Assembly: GCF_006345805.1 (NCBI RefSeq)
Contig: NC_043002.1
Span: 82,522,001-82,586,000, forward strand
Reading direction: 5' to 3'
DNA length: 64,000 nt
Source: Octopus sinensis
Taxonomy: Eukaryota
Under the pieces are notes generated by a model. It was not told the DNA's origin. It was given only the letters and a program-made list of their open reading frames with translations, and ran no database searches. Of this stretch, positions 1 through 11,569 are shown piece by piece; the stretch's first letter is position 1; each line of letters starts with the position of its first letter. Made by a program: the position numbers and the translations under genes.

Positions 1-333
1 ACAAATTTCAAACCAGAGTGAGGAGAAGATTTTGGATTGGTCGTTAAAGGAGGCAAACCGTTGTACCTTACTCCCGAGGCATATGGGTCAGGCACAAATG
101 CTTTAGATGTCGCATTCTGTACATGCTTAGGGAATACATGGAACCAAATGCAATGTTAGTGTGTTAACGATGTGGCCAAACTAGGTACATAGCGATGTGT
201 TGCAAGGTGGGAAATGAGGAGAGTTTCCCCACGAAATTAACTGAAAGGGCACCACCGATCGTTGTTTGGAATAAAGTTTATGGTAATGGTGTGGGAAGCA
301 TGAGCCCTTTTTGATACCGTTAGTACAACCATG

Positions 334-751
334 GGATCTTTCGGTTTGAACGGCAGTTTTTTCTAGCGGTGTCATATGAAATTGTCACCAATAATTATGA
401 CCATAGTATCGATCTATTGCATTTCAATGTTTTAGGGTTAGTTAGGGGTGGTGGTGGGGAGGGTATCTTTTTTTCTTCAGAAATGTAAATAAACCCAATC
501 TGTTTCTTAAACGAGGGACATATTCATATGGCACAGAATGTTTTTTTTACCTCAATAGACGTCATTGATTGGTTGAAATTGTAGAAATTGAAGAAAAAAA
601 AACAACAAATATCTTACAAACTATAGAATTTTCTCAATAAAGCCCAGAGAAAAAGATGTTTTATAAACACATTCTACCAGTATACGAAGTTTAAAAGTGT
701 TTAGTTACATGGAAATTACTTTAAAAACTGTCATTCAAACCGAAAAGATCC
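334..751. mobile_element. MITE with GGATC..GATCC TIRs and 8-bp TSD (Merlin-like or hAT-like non-autonomous DNA transposon)
   Basis: TIRs GGATCTTTCGGTTTGAACGGCAGTTTT / AAAACTGTCATTCAAACCGAAAAGATCC. CAACCATG is duplicated at 326-333 and 752-759. The superfamily is inferred from GG termini and an 8-bp TSD. Confidence 0.8.
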
Positions 752-1112
752 CAACCATGCATGTAGTAGTAAAATTTAAAAGGAAGGAAGAATACAAGGA
801 TGTCAAATTTCTGTAAATAAACGTATGTGATGGGTAGGAATCAGAAAGGAAGAAAGAAGGTATAATGACATACGTGCACAAACATGTACATATGCATGTG
901 CATGTATGCATACATTTAAACACACACATATATACATACACATGCATGCTCAGACTAATACAAGACCCACATTAAACTCCTCACTCATATCACTATCGAA
1001 CCAAGAGTTTAACTAGGGTCTGTCCATCGCACTTCCTTAGCGTTACCTGCCACTCATTGGGTCTTCTAGATACCAGTACCTCTCATATATATATACTTAT
1101 ATGTATATGAAC

Positions 1113-1146
<34 letters not shown>

Positions 1147-1149
1147 GTA

Positions 1150-1540
1150 GGCACAGGAGTGGCTGTGTGGTAAGTTGCTTGCTTTCCAACCACATGGTTC
1201 TGGGTTTGTTCCTACTGCATGGCACCTTGGGCAAGTGTATTCTACTATAGCCTCGGGCCGACCAAAGTCTTGTGAGTGGATTAGGTAGACAGAATCTGAA
1301 AGAAGCCTGTTGTATATATGTATATATATATATGTATGTGCGTGTTTATGTTTGACCACCAACATTGCTTGACAACCGATGGTGGTGTGTTTATGTCCGT
1401 GTAACTTAGAGGTTTGGCAAAAGAGACCGATAGAACAAGTACTAGGCTTACAAAGAATGAGTTCTGGGTTCGATTTGCTCGACTAAAGGCAGTGCTCCAG
1501 CATGTTTGCAGTCAAATGACTGAAACATGTAGAAGAGAGT
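1150..1540 (+). mobile_element. tRNA-derived SINE, family A
   Basis: Head GTGGCTGTGTGGTAAG...GGTTC..CCTACTGC with A/B-box-like motifs. The same body and tail recur many times in the window. Confidence 0.85.
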
Positions 1541-2047
1541 GTGTATATATATACATATATTTCTTTACTACCCGCAAAGGGCTAAACACAGAGGGGACAA
1601 ACAAGGACAGACAAACGGATATGTATACATATATATGTGTATATATATATGTAGTGGACTGGATGTGATGTGCCATATCAATCAATATGAAATAGCCCAC
1701 AACTAAATGTAGTGTACATATATAACACTTCAAGGTTCTGACATCAAAGTAACCAGTGAACATGGAAGAATTAACACCAAGAAGTGTTATTTACATATAT
1801 CTATTTGTTTACCTGAGGCATAAGAGAAACAGATAGAAAATTCTCTGTTATATAGGCTATGTTTAGTAATGTAGGTCAAACCTTAAACAAAGGTCTGACC
1901 TTTCCTTGACCAGTACAGGTCCTAGGGTGTGGAGTGTTTCCTCATCAATCAACTAGTGTTGTGGATTTGACAAGCAACAAGCCAGTGGATTTGGTTTCAA
2001 ATCTCAGGCAGGGTCAAGTTGGACCCTCACCTATATATATATATATA

Positions 2048-2464
2048 TATTGTTATATTTCGGAATGGTCATTTTGCCAGTTTAGCCAATAAAAACACAA
2101 GCACTATATATTTGGTGTTATTTTGCTTCAGTGTTATTTATTTTTTACATTAATCTTTCGTCACACTCCTGTGACCACATCAGTGGTCCTTTGTTTTCTT
2201 CTTTCTTATTCGTGTGTCTCTCCTTACTAATGGTCAGCCATTTTGTATGTCTATTGTATGTCTTCATTTGCGCATGCTTATATCTCTATGTGCATCTATG
2301 TTTAGTTATGTTGTGTGTGTGGGGTGATGCCTGTAATATTTGTATCTTCTGTTTATATACGTTCATGTAATTTGTTTTTGTTGTTGTTGTTTTTGTTTAT
2401 TCTCATTTTGTTCATGTGTTTTTTGGCTGAATTGGCGAAATGACCATTCCGAAATATAACAATA
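2048..2464. mobile_element. MITE with ~50-bp TIRs inserted at a (TA)n tract
   Basis: TATTGTTATATTTCGGAATGGTCATTTTGCCA... and ...TGGCGAAATGACCATTCCGAAATATAACAATA are inverted. The element is absent from the paralogous site near 12660. Confidence 0.8.
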
Positions 2465-3197
2465 TCTGTTTCAACACACGACTTCACATAAAAAATCTTG
2501 CACAACAAATATATATATAAATTACTCATGAGTAGTCAACGGCCATCCATTAATATGTGTAGATGCACATACCATTTTACCTTCTATTTTTATAAAATAA
2601 AGTGAAGGTATTTAATTCCATATATTAGGGGGCAGATGGGACTCCTTAACCTTGGTGAAGGTATATTATTTAGGAGAGGGAAACTTATATAAACCAGGTC
2701 TTTGGTTGTGAGGGTCTCCTTAACAGGGCTGTACTATCAGTACAATTCTGACTCATAAAGTAGACTAGGCTCTCCAGCTTATAGCAGCTTGTCTAGGAGA
2801 TGAAAACTTTTAAAGAAAAAACCTGAGTTGTGTTGTTTTTAGTATTGTGACCATATTCTTGCTATCATCACTTCTAAAAAGTGTGGGTGGTTCTACACAA
2901 GCCTTCAACACTCAAATCAAATCATCCGTTTGGAGTTTCTGACAACTTACATTTATTCATTCCATATGGCAGAGCTTCAAGTTGTGAATATCAAAAGGAG
3001 AGTGAAAGTGATAAGACAGGTAAAGGATATTACTGGGAGTCTCATGCTGGATCTCTATACAGTCGGTGACCATTAGGTGATGGCCGTACCAGCAAAGAAC
3101 TTGTGAGTAACTGCGGTTAAACGACAAGAGGTCATCCAGAAAAGAGAATGCCTACAAAAAATGCAGAGGCCAGGGCCAACAAACCCCCTCCAGTCGG

Positions 3198-3339
3198 CAG
3201 CGCCATCTATGGGAGAATTGAGGAAATACAATATAAAGGGAAATAACTTCTACAATACTCCAAACCACGCCGTCCCCGTAAATTATTAATTAAGGTGCTT
3301 AATTACTGATCACTGACTTGTTGTTTATATCTGAATACG
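3198..3339 (+). promoter_or_regulatory. Candidate promoter and first non-coding exon of the ZNF gene, with a CTCF/YY1-like motif and a strong 5' splice donor
   Basis: CAGCGCCATCTATGGG at 3198-3213 resembles the CTCF core GCGCCATCTAGTGG. Donor G|GTAAGT at 3339/3340. Non-repetitive sequence 1.5 kb upstream of the ZNF ORF. Confidence 0.4.
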
Positions 3340-3927
3340 GTAAGTTGACCAAGATTTTCTTTAAGGCTGTAATGATAATAATAATGTAAATTATAGAATT
3401 ATGTGAACCTCTCGATGTTACAGTAATTATTTGGAAGGCATAACAATAGGGAAATATGTTTGCTCGTCTTAAATAACTTTCGAAGGGAAATGTTAATTTG
3501 TTGTTTATGAAAACCTATTATCAACTGTTACATGTGATATAAAGTAAATTAATTTGTAAAATGAGAGTATTGTGGTATAATTAATTAGTAAGATCAGAGT
3601 AATGTAGCATAATTAATTTGTAAAATTAGAGGACTATCATTTTACTATTGTTAATGTGATGAAGGCTGTCACATTAATAAACGTTGTCCTGTTGATTAAT
3701 CGGTAAGTTGGCGAGGATTTCTTTTAAGGTTATACTAATAATCGTTTCAAATTTTGCCAGTCGAATACATAGAACTCAGTATTTCCCGAAAGGGATGAAA
3801 GGCAAAATCAACCTCGGCCGTATTTGAAGTGAGGACTTTCCGCTGATGTCGACTTCGACTTTCATTCGTTTCGGGTGCATAAAATAGTAATAGTGATGAT
3901 GATGATATCAATCTTTAGTACTTTAAA

Positions 3928-4322
3928 GGCGACAAGCTGGCAGAAACGTTAGCACGCTGGGCGAAATGCGTAGCCGTATTTCGTCTGCAGTTACGTTCTC
4001 TGTTCAAATTCCGCCGAGGTTGACTTTGCCTTTCATCCTTTCGGGGTCGATAAATTAAGTACCAGTTACGCACTGGAGTCGATTTAATCCGCTTGTCTGT
4101 CCTTGTTTGTCCCCTTGTGGGCAATAAAGAAATAAGAAACGTTAGCACTGTATTTCGTGTGTCTTTACGTTCTGACTTCAAATTCCGCCGGGGTCGCTTT
4201 GCCTTTTATTCTTTCGGTGTCGATAAATTAAGTACCAGTTGTAGACTGGGGTCGATCTAATCGCCTGGCTCCCGCCGCAAAATTTTCGGACCTTGTGCCT
4301 GAAGTAGAAAAGAATCTTTAGT
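3928..4322 (+). mobile_element. tRNA-derived SINE, family B (partially dimeric)
   Basis: GGCGACAAGCTGGCAGAAACGTTAGCACG...GTTCAAATTCCGCCGAGGT...GGGGTCGATAAATTAAGTACCAG, with an internal repeat of the B-box segment. Confidence 0.85.
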
Positions 4323-4429
4323 ACATGAGACACAATGTCTGAAATTTGGCGGAAGAGTGTAGGTCGATTCAATGAAACCCAGCGCTCTACTGCTTCTTCT
4401 TTACCTTACTGCTTCTTTTTCTATTTCAG

Positions 4430-4482
4430 AATATCACTTCATGTTGACACGAAAGAAATTTCTTCATTCAGATGTACCTCTG
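4430..4482 (+). other. Candidate small 5' exon of the ZNF transcript
   Basis: Pyrimidine-rich acceptor TTTTTCTATTTCAG| at 4429 and donor CTG|GTATTT at 4483. The next acceptor is TGTGTTTTAG| at 4733. Confidence 0.45.
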
Positions 4483-4873
4483 GTATTTTTATTGACTTTC
4501 ATGGATTAAAGGAAGACCATATTTTTATAAGGCACGTTCATCAATACATCAACCTTTTTATATGAATAAAATCTTCATCAAACGATGGGAAAATATTTCT
4601 TCTGGACAATGTAATTAACAACAATATTTTTTTGCCTTCACTGTCTGAAATGTAGAGGAGATAATCAATTTACAGATTAATTAAGTGTTGATAACTTTTC
4701 AAATGAGTTAGCAGTTTACATCTTGTGTTTTAGATATTCAGTAAGATCACAGATGAAAGAAATCTAGCATTAAATTAATCTCTGAAAATAGTGATACAAC
4801 TGAACACAACCATATTCATGGAAATGAAAAAAACACTATCATTGTGATATGTTTGAAAAATTATTCTCTCGTA

Positions 4874-7192
4874 ATGAATCATTTTATTAAACGAAAAAAC
4901 CCTGAAGTAAGAGAGCCATATCACTGTGATATCTGTGGTAAATCATTCACTGAAGAAAGAGTCTTAACCAAACACAAGTGCATTGAGACAGGAGAGAAAC
5001 CACATCACTGTGATGTCTGTGGTAAATCATTCACTGAAGAAAGAGTCTTAACCAAACACAAGTGCATTGAGACAGGAGAGAAACCACATCACTGTGATGT
5101 CTGTGGTAAATCATTCACTGAAGAAAGAGTCTTAACCAAACACAAGTGCATTGATACAGGAGAGAAACCACATCACTGTGATGTCTGTGGTAAATCATTC
5201 ACTGAAGAAAGAGTCTTAACCAAACACAAGTGCATTGATACAGGAGAGAAACCACATCACTGTGATGTCTGTGGTAAATCATTCTCTCAAAGTGGATCTT
5301 TGACTTGTCACAAACGTATTCATACAGTGGAAAAGCCATGTCATACAGGAAAGAAGCCATATCATTGTAATATCTGTGGTAAATCATTTTCTCAATGTGG
5401 TCAGTTGACTACACACACACGCACACATACAGGAGAGAAGCCATTTCATTGTAATATCTGTGGTAAATCGTTTTCCCAAAATTCTCACTTAACTTATCAC
5501 GTACGTAGTCATACTGGGGAAAAACCATACGAGTGTGATATCTGTGGTAAATCATTTCCTGGAAGTGGAATGTTAACTCGTCACAGACGAATACATACAG
5601 GAGAGAAACCATTTCAGTGTGATATCTGTGGTAAATCATCTTCTCAAAGTGGTGACTTGGCTAAGCATAAACGTACTCATACCGGTGAGAAACCATTTTA
5701 TTGTAATATCTGTGGTAAATCATTTTCTGGAAGTAGTGACTTGATTATACACATACGTATTCATACAGGAGAGAGGCCGTATCATTGTGATATCTGTGGT
5801 AAAACATTTTCTCAAAATGGTACCTTAACTTGTCACAAACATATTCATACAAGAGAGAAGCCATATTGTTGTAATATCTGTGGTAAATCATTCTCTAGAA
5901 ATAGTCAGTTGACTAGTCACAAATGTATTAATGGGAAAAAACCATATCATTGTAATATCTGTGGTAAATCATTCTCTTCAAATAGCGTTTTGATTAGTCA
6001 CAAACGTATACATACTGGGGAAAAACCATATGCATGTGAAATTTGTGGCAAATTATTTTCTCACAACAATACTTTAAATAATCATAGACGTATTCATACA
6101 GGAGAGAAGCCATATCGTTGTAATATCTGTGGTATTTCATTCTCTAGTATAAGTCCTTTGACTAATCACAGACGTATTCATACTGGGGAAAAACCATATC
6201 AGTGTGATATCTGTGGTAAATCATTCTCTAGAAATAGTCATTTGACTAGTCACAAATTTATTCATACTGGTGAAAAACCATATCAGTGTGATATCTGTGG
6301 TAAATCATTCTCTACAAATAGCTCTTTGATTAGTCACAAGCATATTCATACTGAGGAAAAACCATATCGCTGTGATATCTGTGGGAATTCATTTTCTCAA
6401 ATCAGTGCTTTAAATAAACACAGACGTATTCATAGTGGTGAAAAACCATATCAGTGTAATATCTGTGGTAAATCATTCACTGAAAACAGTCATTTGACTA
6501 ATCATAAGCGCATTCATACAGGAGAGAAGCCGTATCATTGTAATATCTGTGGTAAATCATTCTCTACAAATAGCCAGTTGATTAGACACAAACATATTCA
6601 CACCGAGGAAAAACCTTATCGGTGTGATATTTGTGGCAGATCATTTTCTCAGTGCAGTACTTTAAATAATCACAGACGTATTCATAGTGGTGAAAAACCA
6701 TATCAGTGTGATATCTGTGGTAAATCATTCCTTAGAAATAGTCATTTGACTAATCACAAATTTATTCATACTGGTGAAAAACCATATCAGTGTGATATCT
6801 GTGGTAAATCATTTTCCCGAAATAGTAGTTTAACTAGTCACAGACGTATTCATACAGGAGAGAAGCCATATCACTGTGATATTTGTGGTAAATCGTTTTC
6901 TGAAAATTGCCATTTAACTCTTCACAAGCGTACACATACAGGAGAGACGCCATATCATTGTAATATCTGTGGTAAATCTTTCACTACTAAAAGTAACCTG
7001 ACTAGACACAAGCGCATTCATACAGGAGTGAAACCATATCCTTGTGGCAAATCATTCTCTGAAGGAGGTGTCTTAACTAGACATCAGCCTGTTCATACAG
7101 GGGAGAAACCTTATCAGTGTGATATCTGTGGTAAATCATTCTCACGGAAATCCCACTTAAGTAGACATATGAGTATACACATGCAAGTGTGA
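4874..7192 (+). CDS. Tandem C2H2 zinc-finger protein: 27 finger units (about 21 canonical), TGEKP linkers, no KRAB or other domain visible
   Basis: Uninterrupted ORF (the track starts at GTG 4844; first in-frame ATG is 4874). It consists of YxCxxCGKSF...HxxxHTGEKP repeats, typical of the octopus C2H2-ZNF expansion. Confidence 0.93.
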   Translation: MNHFIKRKNPEVREPYHCDICGKSFTEERVLTKHKCIETGEKPHHCDVCGKSFTEERVLTKHKCIETGEKPHHCDVCGKSFTEERVLTKHKCIDTGEKPHHCDVCGKSFTEERVLTKHKCIDTGEKPHHCDVCGKSFSQSGSLTCHKRIHTVEKPCHTGKKPYHCNICGKSFSQCGQLTTHTRTHTGEKPFHCNICGKSFSQNSHLTYHVRSHTGEKPYECDICGKSFPGSGMLTRHRRIHTGEKPFQCDICGKSSSQSGDLAKHKRTHTGEKPFYCNICGKSFSGSSDLIIHIRIHTGERPYHCDICGKTFSQNGTLTCHKHIHTREKPYCCNICGKSFSRNSQLTSHKCINGKKPYHCNICGKSFSSNSVLISHKRIHTGEKPYACEICGKLFSHNNTLNNHRRIHTGEKPYRCNICGISFSSISPLTNHRRIHTGEKPYQCDICGKSFSRNSHLTSHKFIHTGEKPYQCDICGKSFSTNSSLISHKHIHTEEKPYRCDICGNSFSQISALNKHRRIHSGEKPYQCNICGKSFTENSHLTNHKRIHTGEKPYHCNICGKSFSTNSQLIRHKHIHTEEKPYRCDICGRSFSQCSTLNNHRRIHSGEKPYQCDICGKSFLRNSHLTNHKFIHTGEKPYQCDICGKSFSRNSSLTSHRRIHTGEKPYHCDICGKSFSENCHLTLHKRTHTGETPYHCNICGKSFTTKSNLTRHKRIHTGVKPYPCGKSFSEGGVLTRHQPVHTGEKPYQCDICGKSFSRKSHLSRHMSIHMQV
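4918..5280 (+). repeat. Coding 84-bp minisatellite: 4 near-identical degenerate fingers plus the start of a fifth
   Basis: CACTGTGATGTCTGTGGTAAATCATTCACTGAAGAAAGAGTCTTAACCAAACACAAGTGCATTGA(G/T)ACAGGAGAGAAACCACAT is repeated. Confidence 0.95.
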
Positions 7193-7385
7193 CTATAAGT
7201 ATTAAAATTTATTACAACATGCCTAAAATTACTTCTAGTTTTTCTGAAAAGAGACAGGGATTTTTTTTATCTCTTCAAATTTCATGGTATCAACTTCAGT
7301 TTCATCAATGTCAACATCAAATTCAGCAAAGACTTTGATTTCTGAAGATGGTCATGCTGGATTTATGAGGAATTTGTTATGAGAG

Positions 7386-7412
7386 AATAAAGAAAAGGGA
7401 ATAATGAATAAA
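7386..7412 (+). terminator. Candidate polyadenylation signals of the ZNF gene
   Basis: AATAAA at 7386 and 7407, about 200 bp after the stop, followed by a GT/T-rich tract. Confidence 0.4.
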
Positions 7413-7659
7413 AACTGAATTAAACTGAAATTGGTTTTGTCTATGTACTTTCATCAATGTTTACGTTATCATTATCATCATCCTTTAGCGATAATTTTAT
7501 CTATACGCTGGCATAAGCTGTGACATGAGGTGGCAAGCCATAGTTCTGCACTAGGTTCTGGTCCGATTTGTTTGGGTTTCTTTGGATGTATTCTCCTAAT
7601 GCTAACCAGTTTACAGTTTACCCTGTGCGCTTTATATATACATACATATATATATATAT

Positions 7660-8067
7660 ATACTCCTTTACTCTTTTACTTGTTTCAGTCGTTTGACTGC
7701 GGCCATGCTGGAGCACCGCCTTTAATCGAGCAACTCGACCCTGGGACTTATTCTTTTGTAAGCCCAGTACTTATTCTATCGGTCTCTTTTTGCCAAACCG
7801 CTAAGTAATGGGGACATAAACACACCAGCATCATTTGTCAAGCAATGCTAGGGGGACGAACACAGACACACACACACACACACACAGATATATATATACA
7901 CATATATACGACGGGCTTCTTTCAGTTTCCGTCTACCAAATCCACTCACAAGGCTTTGGTCGGCCCGAGGCTATAGTAGAAGACACTTGCACAAGATGCC
8001 ACGCAGTGGGACTGAACCCGGAACCATATGGTTGGTAAGCAAGCTACTTGCCACACAGCCACTCCTA
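7660..8067 (-). mobile_element. tRNA-derived SINE, family A
   Basis: Reverse-complement match to 1150-1540. Confidence 0.85.
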
Positions 8068-8161
8068 TATATAATTTTTTTCTTGTTTTTATTGGATAGT
8101 ATGTGAAGCATGTTTTTTATATAGCAATATTATTATTATTATACTTTTCTAGTTATGTATA

Positions 8162-8292
8162 TCCTCTGACGAGCCTTTGGTTATTTAAACATACAAATAT
8201 AATCTTTAATGCCTAGGACTATGTTACAATGGCATCCATAGGCAATTTAAGTTGGATTGACTTTTGACCATAGGCTGAAACAGCTGTAAGGA
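8162..8292 (+). ncRNA. Type I hammerhead ribozyme motif with extended stem II (Penelope pLTR-like)
   Basis: TCCT-CTGACGA-[GCCTTTGGTTA...TGACCATAGGC]-T-GAAAC-AGCT-GTA-AGGA. Stem I is TCCT/AGGA, stem II pairs at 10/11 positions, and the stem III loop is palindromic. Confidence 0.7.
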
Positions 8293-8465
8293 GCAGTTTA
8301 TTTGTAATATTTTTATTTTTATTATTTTTTTGCCTATTGATGTATATTGTTTTGTTCGATTTTCATGTTCTCATTTGTATAATTAATAAATAATGTGAAA
8401 TTGTAATATCCGTAAGTTCATGATCGAAATGAATTTGTTCCTCCATTTTCTTATTTATATATATA

Positions 8466-8760
8466 TCATCATCATCATTGTTTAACGTCTGTTTTCCATG
8501 CTAGCATGGGTTGGACGGTTCACCTGGGGTGGGGAAGCCAGAAGGCTGCACCAGTTCCAGTCTGATCTGGCAGTGTTTGTACAGCTGGAGGCCCTTTCTA
8601 ACGCCAACCACTCCGTGAGTGTAGTGGGTGCTTTTCACGTACCACCTGCACAGGTGGCAAACGGCCACGATCGGATGGTGCTTTTTACATGCCACCGGCA
8701 CGGGGGCCAGACGGGGCTGGCAATGGCTACAATCGGATGGTCCTTTTTACGTGCCACCAG
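8466..8760 (-). mobile_element. SINE/LINE-tail element, family C, with (GAT)n 3' tail
   Basis: The minus strand reads ...GGTTGGCGTTAGAAAGGGCCTCCAGCTGT...CCAACCCATGCTAGCATGGAAAACAGACGTTAAAC(GAT)n. Related copies at 13352 and 16315. The central motif resembles the V-SINE GGAAGGGCATCC domain (inference). Confidence 0.75.
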
Positions 8761-8929
8761 CATATATATATATGTATGTATGTATATATATATACACATG
8801 CACATATGTATATTCATGTGTGTGTATGTATGCATATCTAATACTATAAATGCGAATATCAGTGTGTCAGACTTTTTTTACTTTACTCCTAGAGGCCATA
8901 GCCCAACATATGATACCATTTTGTAATCA

Positions 8930-9476
8930 GGGTGAATCCATGAGTGAATTAAGAATATTCCAGGGGGGGTGGACCTGTAATCCTGATATCTTGGATTCCC
9001 AACTGAAAACTTCACCAAAAGTATAAAAATTATGAGAATCACTTGGAAGCAGAGATCCTTACTGGTCCAAGAAAGGGAGAAAGAGTTTTAATTCCAGGAA
9101 TCCCCTTAATTCCTCCAGATTTTCCTTTTGAGTTCAAAAGACTTCAGTTTCTATGCAATATTAATCAATAAGTCCCAAGGACAATCATCAAAAGTACCTG
9201 GGCTTCATCTGATGGGACCCTGCTTTTCTCACGGCCAGTTCTATGTTTGTTGTTCAAGGGTTGGGAAGCTATTTGCACTGGCCCTGAATGGGAAGACCAA
9301 AAACGTTTTTGTCATGCAGCTTTGCAATCATTGTTTTGATGAAAACTCAAAATTGTTTGAGAAATATTGGTCTAGTTTAATAAAATTTAATATGTACTCA
9401 ATGCCTGAAGGCCCAATCAAGAGCACTCCACAGGGGTTAGCTTAAAAGCCATCCAATAGGGCAGCTTTTAAGCTAG
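8930..9476 (+). mobile_element. Unclassified repeat ending in a 12-bp hairpin and CTAG (possible Helitron-like 3' end)
   Basis: TAGCTTAAAAGC (9438-9449) / GCTTTTAAGCTA (9464-9475), then CTAG|T. The 5' boundary is uncertain. Confidence 0.3.
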
Positions 9477-9489
9477 TACATATATATGT

Positions 9490-9798
9490 CACTTGATCAT
9501 GTGAGCGACCAGGCTATCAGATGTTGCTACACATCACTGGTCACAATGCGCTTCGCATTGTTTTAGCCTTCAAATGACGCCACCCCGCTGGCTAAGTGAG
9601 CAGGCCAACAAAAGAAAGAGTGAGAGAAAGTTGCGGCGAAAGAGTACAGCAGGGATCGCCACCATTGCCTGCCGGAGCCTCGTGGTGCTTTTTAGGTGTT
9701 TTTGCTCAATAAACACTCACCACGCCCGGTCTGGGAATCGAAGCTGCAATCCTACGACCGCGAGTCCGCTGCTCTAACCACTGTGCCATTGCGCCTCC
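9490..9798 (-). mobile_element. tRNA-derived SINE, family D
   Basis: The minus strand begins GGAGGCGCAATGGCACAGTGGTTAGAGCAGCGGACTCGCGGTCGTAGGATTGCAGCTTCGATTCCC: a tRNA-like head with A and B boxes followed by a non-tRNA body. Confidence 0.8.
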
Positions 9799-10737
9799 AC
9801 ATATATATAAATATATATACACACACACATGATAAGAAGACAAAGTAAATCCTTCAGCACATCTCATGGTCGGTCAGTACAAATTATTCCACTGGTAAGG
9901 AAATGAGTGTGATGGGTGGAAATTAATTCGGCCAGCAGCGATGATGGAAAAAAAACTATTAAATAGATATCTTGGCAATTGCCAAGAAATCAGATTCTGA
10001 AGGACATGTCGCTCAGCCAGAGAGTAAGAATGAAAAAAATTGGGGTGGAGCAGGGGAAATTGATATTTTGAAAATGTGTTTTTTGACCAAAATTGTGATC
10101 TCTGATATCGAAATGCATATGAGATTAAAGGGGGTGGGAAGGTTACATGTCTATGTGGAGTGCTCAGCCACTTGCTTGTTAATTCCATAAGCAGGCTGCT
10201 CGGTTGAATGTATCAACTGGAAACTGCATCGTCGCAACTGATCGAGTGCCAGTGAAATACAGACCGTTCAACTTTACGAATCTATTTGGTAGACTTTGGA
10301 CAGAAATTTCATTTACAAGGTATCAGTGAAAAAATTTGCAAAGGAAGAAGGCATCCTCATCTTGTAAGAAACAAAAATATGAAGAGGAAGACAAATTTCA
10401 AACCAGAGTGAGGAGAAGATTTTGGATTGGTCGTTAAAGGAGGCAAACCGTTGTACCTTACTCCCGAGGCATATGGGTCAGGCACAAATGCTTTAGATGT
10501 CGCATTCTGTACATGCTTAGGGAATACATGGAACCAAATGCAATGTTAGTGTGTTAACGATGTGGCCAAACTAGGTACATAGCGATGTGTTGCAAGGTGG
10601 GAAATGAGGAGAGGAATTACTGCGCCACAAGTTCCCCACAAAATTAACTGAAAGAGCACCACCAATCGTTTGGAATAAAGCTTATGGTAATGGTGTGGGA
10701 AGCATGAGCCCTTTTTGATACCGTTAGTACAACCATG

Positions 10738-11176
10738 GGATCTTTCGGTTTGAATGGCAGTTTTTTCTAGCGGTGTCATATGAAATTGTCACCAATAATT
10801 ATGACCCTAGTATCGATCTATTGCATTTCAATCTGTTTTAGGGTTAGGGTTGGTCATTTAGGATTAGGGTTAGGGGTGGGGGGGAGGATATCTTTTTTTC
10901 TTCAGAAATGTAAATAAACCCAATCTGTTTCTTAAACGAGGGACATATTCATATGGCACAGAATGTTTTTTTTACCTCAATAGACGTCATTGATTGGTTG
11001 AAATTGTAGAAATTGAAGAAAAAAAAACAACAAATATCTTACAAACTATAGAATTTTCTCAATAAAGCCCAGAGAAAAAGATGTTTTATAAACACATTCT
11101 ACCAGTATACGAAGTTTAAAAGTGTTTAGTTACATGGAAATTACTTTAAAAACTGTCATTCAAACCGAAAAGATCC
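10738..11176. mobile_element. Paralogous copy of the GGATC-TIR MITE
   Basis: Same TIRs and the same CAACCATG TSD (10730-10737, 11177-11184). Confidence 0.8.
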
Positions 11177-11569
11177 CAACCATGCATGTAGTAGTAAAAT
11201 TTAAAAGGAAGGAAGAATACAAGGATGTCAAATTTCTGTAAATAAACGTATGTGATGGGTAGGAATCAGAAAGGAAGAAAGAAGGTATAATGACATATGT
11301 GCACAAACATGTACATATGCATGTGCATGTATGCATACATTTAAACACACACATATATACATACACATGCATGCTCAGACTAATACAAGACCCACATTAA
11401 ACTCCTCACTCATATCACTATCGAACCAAGAGTTTAACTAGGGTCTGTCCATCGCACTTCCTTAGCGTTACCTGCCACTCATTGGGTCTTCTAGATACCA
11501 GTACCTCTCATATATATACTTATATGTATATGAACATATATATAAATAATATATATATATATATATATG

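Larger units (their letters stand above)
1..2590 (+). repeat. Copy 1 of local direct segmental duplication (partner 10391-12748); probably extends left of the window
   Basis: Base 1 acaaatttcaaaccagagtgaggagaag recurs at 10391. Colinear similarity continues through the same MITE and SINEs up to ...catacc/caattttaccttctatt. Confidence 0.95.
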
